In this document: piece by piece, positions 59,057-64,000 of the stretch
How positions within the stretch are numbered: position 1 is the stretch's first letter
Layout of the letters: each line of letters begins with the position of its first letter
Source of the DNA: Selaginella moellendorffii
Lineage: Eukaryota > Plantae > Lycopodiophyta
Assembly: GCF_000143415.4 (NCBI RefSeq)
Contig: NW_003314264.1
Location: 896,624-960,623 of the forward strand
Length of the DNA: 64,000 bases
Reading direction: 5' to 3'
Notes under the pieces: model-generated
Told to the model about the DNA's origin: nothing
Databases searched by the model: none
The model's input: the letters and a program-made list of their open reading frames with translations, nothing else
Translations under genes and position numbers: made by a program

Positions 59057-60352
59057 GGAACAACTTACAGAACCACTAGAACCATCGATAGGCTTACATT
59101 AATCCTGCCAACTCAAAGTATAACTTTGAGTTGCTAATGTGCCTCACTCATGAGCCCAAGCGAAAACTCGTGTAAACGGTACACCTCAAATCCATACCCA
59201 AGGAACAAATGCAAAGTCTTAGCACCCAAACGTGTACCCACTCGGATCATCGTTTTCATCTCTGCGTATGCAACGAGATTAGTTGCCTAATCTCATCAAA
59301 TAGTACTTGCTGAGACTCTTCCTTTGATACCAAATGTAGCGCACATGGTTTTTACCCTTTATCCTATGGTGATTTACCATAGGATAACACCATGAAGCGG
59401 AACCTAAACCCTCTTTGTGCCACATGACAAATGCCACGTGTCACATGCCATGTGTCCAAAGGATAGTGGTGTGGAACCCGAGGTTCAGGGCCTTGGGCCA
59501 CTGAACGAAGGAATGGTGCCAAACTCCCAAGCATGGAGCCAAGGAGTGATAGAACCGAACCACAGAGCAACTCCCGAGCATATAGCCCAAGGAGCGAAGG
59601 GACAGGAGCCCGAAGTGACTTGGAACAGTCCTGGACCAACCAACATCCTAATGCCAGGACCAGCACGCAAAACGGAGCCAAATAGAGTCTGGTGCTATTT
59701 CGGCATACCGGTGGCTTAACGTGAGGACATGGGTACTCCACCAGCTAGCATGGAATGGAACTTGGGCTTAGACCCAGGCCGGATGCAAAACAAGAACAGG
59801 CACACAAGCGGGAGCTAGACTATGCCTCAGGTTGGTCAGCCATGCCCGACCTACCCACTATCCCTACTATACATTTGGAATCCCCCACAGCCCCCCCTTT
59901 GAGGAACACACGCTTTGGGCTTTCACCCCAAGCCTCCCTTAGTATTAGGAGTTAGTCTCTGGGACAAGCTCGAAACTTACTAAATATGGAATGTTCCTAG
60001 ATTGCAAATTTGGACACGGGACGAACACCATTATGTTCAGAACAATCTCTACATTCTGTAGATATGCCAAATGAGCAAATTTGGACACTTTCCATAAATA
60101 GCATTTGGGACTGAAATGAGACTAACACAAAGGGCATGATAGCGAGGGTGTTTGGCAGACACGGTAAGCTATCATTTAGCAATGTTGAGGGACCAATCTC
60201 AATATCATGGGGGTTCTTGATACTAGCAAGTGCAAGCCAATGACAAAAGTTTCTCAAACCAAGCCGAGTATGCTATCGTGGCAGTAAGGAAAGAATATCC
60301 GAAAGGACTAACCGATAAGTAACTTTCGATACCTGAAGTCACATTCGCGACA
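59057..60352 (-). mobile_element. Family-B element copy B1, 5' part (interior 59057-59334 with PBS; 5' LTR 59335-60352)
   Basis: TTGATACCAAA (PBS, reverse) followed by TGTAGCGC...CACATTCGCGACA, the reverse complement of the family-B LTR. 59057-59334 mirrors ~54023-54350. Confidence 0.9.
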
Positions 60353-61265
60353 GCCAATGTCCATAATTAGGATTGTCCCCCTTACAATATCGGGGATAAA
60401 TTCTGGCTCCTTAGGCGAAATATTTCCACCACTAGGCCATGTCCCAAACTCGATTTCAAACGCTTTGGTACTTTTCCTATCACTGCCATCATTAATCCTG
60501 TCACTTATTGCCTTGCACTTCCCTCATATCAAATTCACCATGTTTTTCACTCCTAGACTTATATTCCCAGTCCTATTCCAAATCGGGTCATTCCTTTGCC
60601 TCCACTAGTGCAGCTTGAGGATGGGTCTGAGTATGAGGTTCAAGACATCCTTGATTCCCAGATCTCACAGTCTAAACTCTACTATCTGGTAGACTGGAAG
60701 GGTTACGTATTTGAGGAACGCACTTGGGAACCTGCGGATAACCTGATTCATTCTCTTGACTTTATTCAGGACTTCCACCACCGCTATCCTTCTCGTCCCA
60801 GTCCTCATTCTTTTCATTCTCCCTCTCCCGTCCCTTGCCACCCATCTCATCCTCCTCTTCGTTCTCATTCACGTCCTTGTTCCACTCGTTCTTGAGGAGG
60901 GTGTGTTGTCAGGAATCCCCCAATTCTTGCCACATTCCTGACTTTCGCCAAATTCCTAACCTGCAAACCATATTGCTGACTCTCGAGACACTTCTCTATT
61001 CTTGACTCTGATTTCCCATATGATTCTTGAGTCTCGAACCACATTCTTGATGATGACGTGGTGCCTCTTCGACCTCAGCTATATTTAGGCCGTCCTCGAT
61101 CCAAGAGTGGTGGAGCTTCATCAACTTATAGTATATATAGGTTAGCTTTGTTCCATTTCTCCACAATCTGAATAAATGCTAGTTGAAGGCCTTTTTTTCG
61201 TTTCCACTAGCTTTTCTCTTTGTCTTCTGCATTTTCCAATCTTGATTTTGTTGAGGGTCTTGACA
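60353..61265 (+). mobile_element. Chromoviral Gypsy 3' part: integrase C-terminus, chromodomain, PPT and 3' LTR (60907-61265)
   Basis: IGDKFWL..RPCPKLDFKRFGTF..IHHVFH (GPY/F-type module); EYEVQDILDS..YYLVDWKGY...RTWEPADNL (chromodomain); GAGGAGGG PPT before TGTCAGG...TTGACA. Confidence 0.92.
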
Positions 61266-61439
61266 CTAGTGATATTCTAGCGGATGATGGATGAGATTCT
61301 TTGCAATATGTTAGAGGTGACTATTGACTTTATTGATGATGTCTTGATCCATTTAAAGGGGACGAAGGAGGAATATATTAGTGATATTTGTAAAGTGTTG
61401 GATTGGCTATAGGATATTAATTTTAAGTTGAAGTGGTCA

Positions 61440-62050
61440 AAGTGTGTGTTTAAGTTCCCTACTCTAAAGTGTGTGAATGATATGTAACATTTATTGGGCA
61501 AAGTGCAATATCTCAGTCATTTTATGGATTATCTTTTTAATTGCACTACACTGTTGCGAGTGTTGCTAAAGTCATCAACGTCATCTTTCATCTAGTCTCT
61601 GGATTTTGAGTGGGCGTTTACAGATCTCAAAAAGCTATTGACGACTCCTCCAGTTTTGGCATATCTTGACTACACTTGACTTTTTATTTTGCGCGTGAAT
61701 GCTTCTGATATTAGTGTTGGAGGTGTGTTGATGCAAGAGAGCACGAGTGTGCCTGGTCAGTGCCATCCCATTGCATATATAAGCCATATATTACAACCAT
61801 TGGAGGTGAACTACTCCACGATAGAGAAAAAGTGTTTAACAACAGTCAGGGGTTTCAAGAAACTTCATGCATATCTACATAGTTCTTGGACGTTACTAAA
61901 AAGTAATCATATTATTGTTACTTCATTATTGAAGTGGAAGAACTTGATTAATCATACTATTCAGTAATCTATGAAGCTTTAAATATATGATTTTGATATT
62001 GTTCATTGCCCAGTGAGTTCTATAGTTGATGCTGATGCCCATTCTCGAGC
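61440..62050 (+). mobile_element. Degenerate Gypsy RT-connection/RNase H remnant
   Basis: LTTPPVLAY..VNASDISVGGVLMQE..HPIAYISHILQPLEVNYSTIEKKCL. Confidence 0.8.
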
Positions 62051-62149
62051 TCTTCTTTATTTTTGACGAGTCTATTGTTCTAGTATCTAGGAATTTTCTA
62101 GACAAGGATTTTGTGCCATCATAAAAAAACCTTATTCATCATTTGTTAG

Positions 62150-62642
62150 AAAATTCTCAGAATATTGTTCAAATTGAATGGCATCGCTAAGAGCTTGTAT
62201 AAACCAAATAATATATAAAAAATAGTTTTTTTAACCTCTTCCTTGACCATTGGCATTTGCCAATATTCATAAGTAAGATCTAATTTAATGAACTAATAAC
62301 TTTTCCTTAGACAATCCAAAAAATCAGTAGTGTGAGGAAGAAGGTACATATTTGGGATAGTTATTATGTTTAATGAATAATATTCAATGCAAAATTGAAT
62401 ACTCCATTAAGTTTTGTCACAAGATGAGGTTTACATTCCCAAGGACTTTGAGATTTTTGGATAACACCCTTCTCTAACATCTCCTTCACATTCATGCATA
62501 AAATTTTGATCTCCTTTGATAACCAATATTGAATAAAAATCTTGATTGGACGAGTATCCTTAGTTGGAATAGAATAACGTATTGCAATCTTGCTCTCAAA
62601 CGATAGGTCAAAATCAAAGAGATTAACATATTCCTTTGTATA
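62150..62642 (-). mobile_element. Degenerate Gypsy RT N-terminal remnant, interrupted by the family-C LTR
   Basis: IPTKDTRPIK..VKEMLEKGVIQKSQSPW..LVTKLNG. Confidence 0.75.
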
Positions 62643-64000
62643 TGTGAGACACAAATCCTTAAGCCCCAAAGCGGAGCCGAAAGGGTGTCATTGTAAGGAG
62701 CCAACTCGCCGAGGTATCGTAGGCTAAAGGAACCCCAAAAGCATGACCAAAATGACAAAGAGTTCATCGGATGGGACCAAGTTGAAGATCGAGTCCAAGA
62801 CCGACTCTAGGACCGAGTTCGAGATAGAGTCTGGAATCGAGTCTGAGACCGACTCGGGGACCAAGTTCGAGTCCGAGTTTGAGACCGAGTTCGAGACGGA
62901 GTCCGAGATCCGAAATTGGGTCCGAGACCGAGTCCGAGGTCGAGTCCGAGGTCGGGTCTGAGATCGGGTCCGAGATCGAGTCTAAGATCGAGACCGAGAC
63001 CGAATCCGAAGTCGGATCCGAAATCGGGTCCGAGATCGAGCCAGAGACTAAGTCCAAATACTAATACGGATCAAGGGGTGAAAGCCCAAAGCGTGTGTCT
63101 CCCAGGGGCGATCGTTTGGGGGGGGGGGGGGGGGCTGCAGGGGGTTCCAAAAGTATAGTAGGGATAGTGAGGTCCAGGAACCAGTCTTGAAGGAACTCTC
63201 CAGTGGTGCTTCCAAACTGACTTGAGGTTGAGACTGGGGCCGAGGGGCCTTGGGTGGGAGTGAGCATGGGCTTGAGTGGTGCCGGAGGGGCCACCCAGGG
63301 AAGTGCTCAAGAGCAGCTCCCACTCCCGAAAGGGAAACCGACTGCGGTGCTCCCGGCTCATGTGGAGTGGTGCCCCACTTGAGTACCTTGTGGCTCATTC
63401 GTCCTTGCCCTTCCTAGGGGCTTGGGCCTTCCCTTCGGGATGGAAGTGGGGGGGTAGAGGTACCCATACCGGGCCGTTAGGCCACGGTGTTTCGCCCCGA
63501 CGTCCCGAAGCAAATGCTGCACCCAAGGCTTGGGATTTAGAGGGTCCCATGATCAAGTCTTGTGGTACTAAGGGGTGTTAGGAACCTGGAGGCTTGGTGT
63601 GCTTGGCTGCTTGTGCCTGCGGGGAGTGTAGCCGAACCTTAAGTCCAGTCTAACCCGGGGAGGGGGATTGGGAGAGATTTGGGAATTCGTAGATGGATGG
63701 CTAACACCCCGTTGCTCGTGCAGTGAGTAGTTGAAACCAAGTAGGACCAAGTAGGAGCTGGTACCATAGGCGGGAACCTTGGCGAGGGAACTTAGCACAA
63801 GCCAAGGCAAAGTTGGTTGGATAGACGAGGTAAGCTGGCAAATTGGAAAGGAAAAATTTGTGGCTTACAATTTGGTATCGGAGCCTCTTCCTCAGTTCTA
63901 GCGAAGGATAGAGGCGGATTGCTAGGAGATGGCAAGGGCAGGATGTAAGCGAACCCAGGCGGAGACGGAACCTCCTCTAGAGCTGGAGCCTCCGGTCGAA
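62643..64000 (+). mobile_element. Family-C LTR retrotransposon 5' end (LTR 62643-63869, PBS ~63873-63884, possible gag start 63929), running off the window
   Basis: TGTGAGAC...GGCTTACA followed by ATT-TGGTATCGGAGC (Met-tRNA PBS-like). Contains the hexamer minisatellite 62770-63058. Confidence 0.85.

Noticed and set aside
6499-61265. LTRs at 6499-6859 and 60907-61265 as the two ends of one giant 55-kb element
   Set aside because: The left copy has its own near-perfect TSD (TACTC/TATTC) and no PBS, so it is a solo LTR. The outer flanks of the pair do not match.

Overview
Eukaryotic land-plant genomic DNA. A lycophyte such as Selaginella is my inference, from ~43-60 bp introns, GC-rich coding sequence, tightly packed genes and many PLS-class PPR fragments. 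Layout: (i) 1-22.5 kb is AT-rich and TE-dense. It holds a family of intronless small secreted cysteine-containing genes (two intact at 2925-3374 and 17449-17901, pseudogenes at ~615-891 and 32351-32787), a ~1.4 kb-arm inverted duplication around one copy, a complete 5S-rRNA-bearing Cassandra-like TRIM, solo LTRs and copia/gypsy debris. (ii) 23.3-24.7 kb is an ARID/ELM2 gene. (iii) 25.7-34.7 kb is a mosaic of gene fragments (PPR, SBP-box). (iv) 34.8-45.3 kb is a compact gene island: a P-class PPR, an unknown 264-aa ORF, FGAM synthase (PUR4), and a ribosomal-L1-domain gene head-to-head with PUR4. (v) 46-64 kb contains a PIG-U remnant cut off by a chromoviral Gypsy element, which is interrupted by two oppositely oriented, self-nested copies of a non-autonomous LTR element, followed by further LTR elements. 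The best candidate for an undescribed system is the secreted 6-Cys family with a conserved promoter motif. All alignments and counts were done by eye; no database searches were run.
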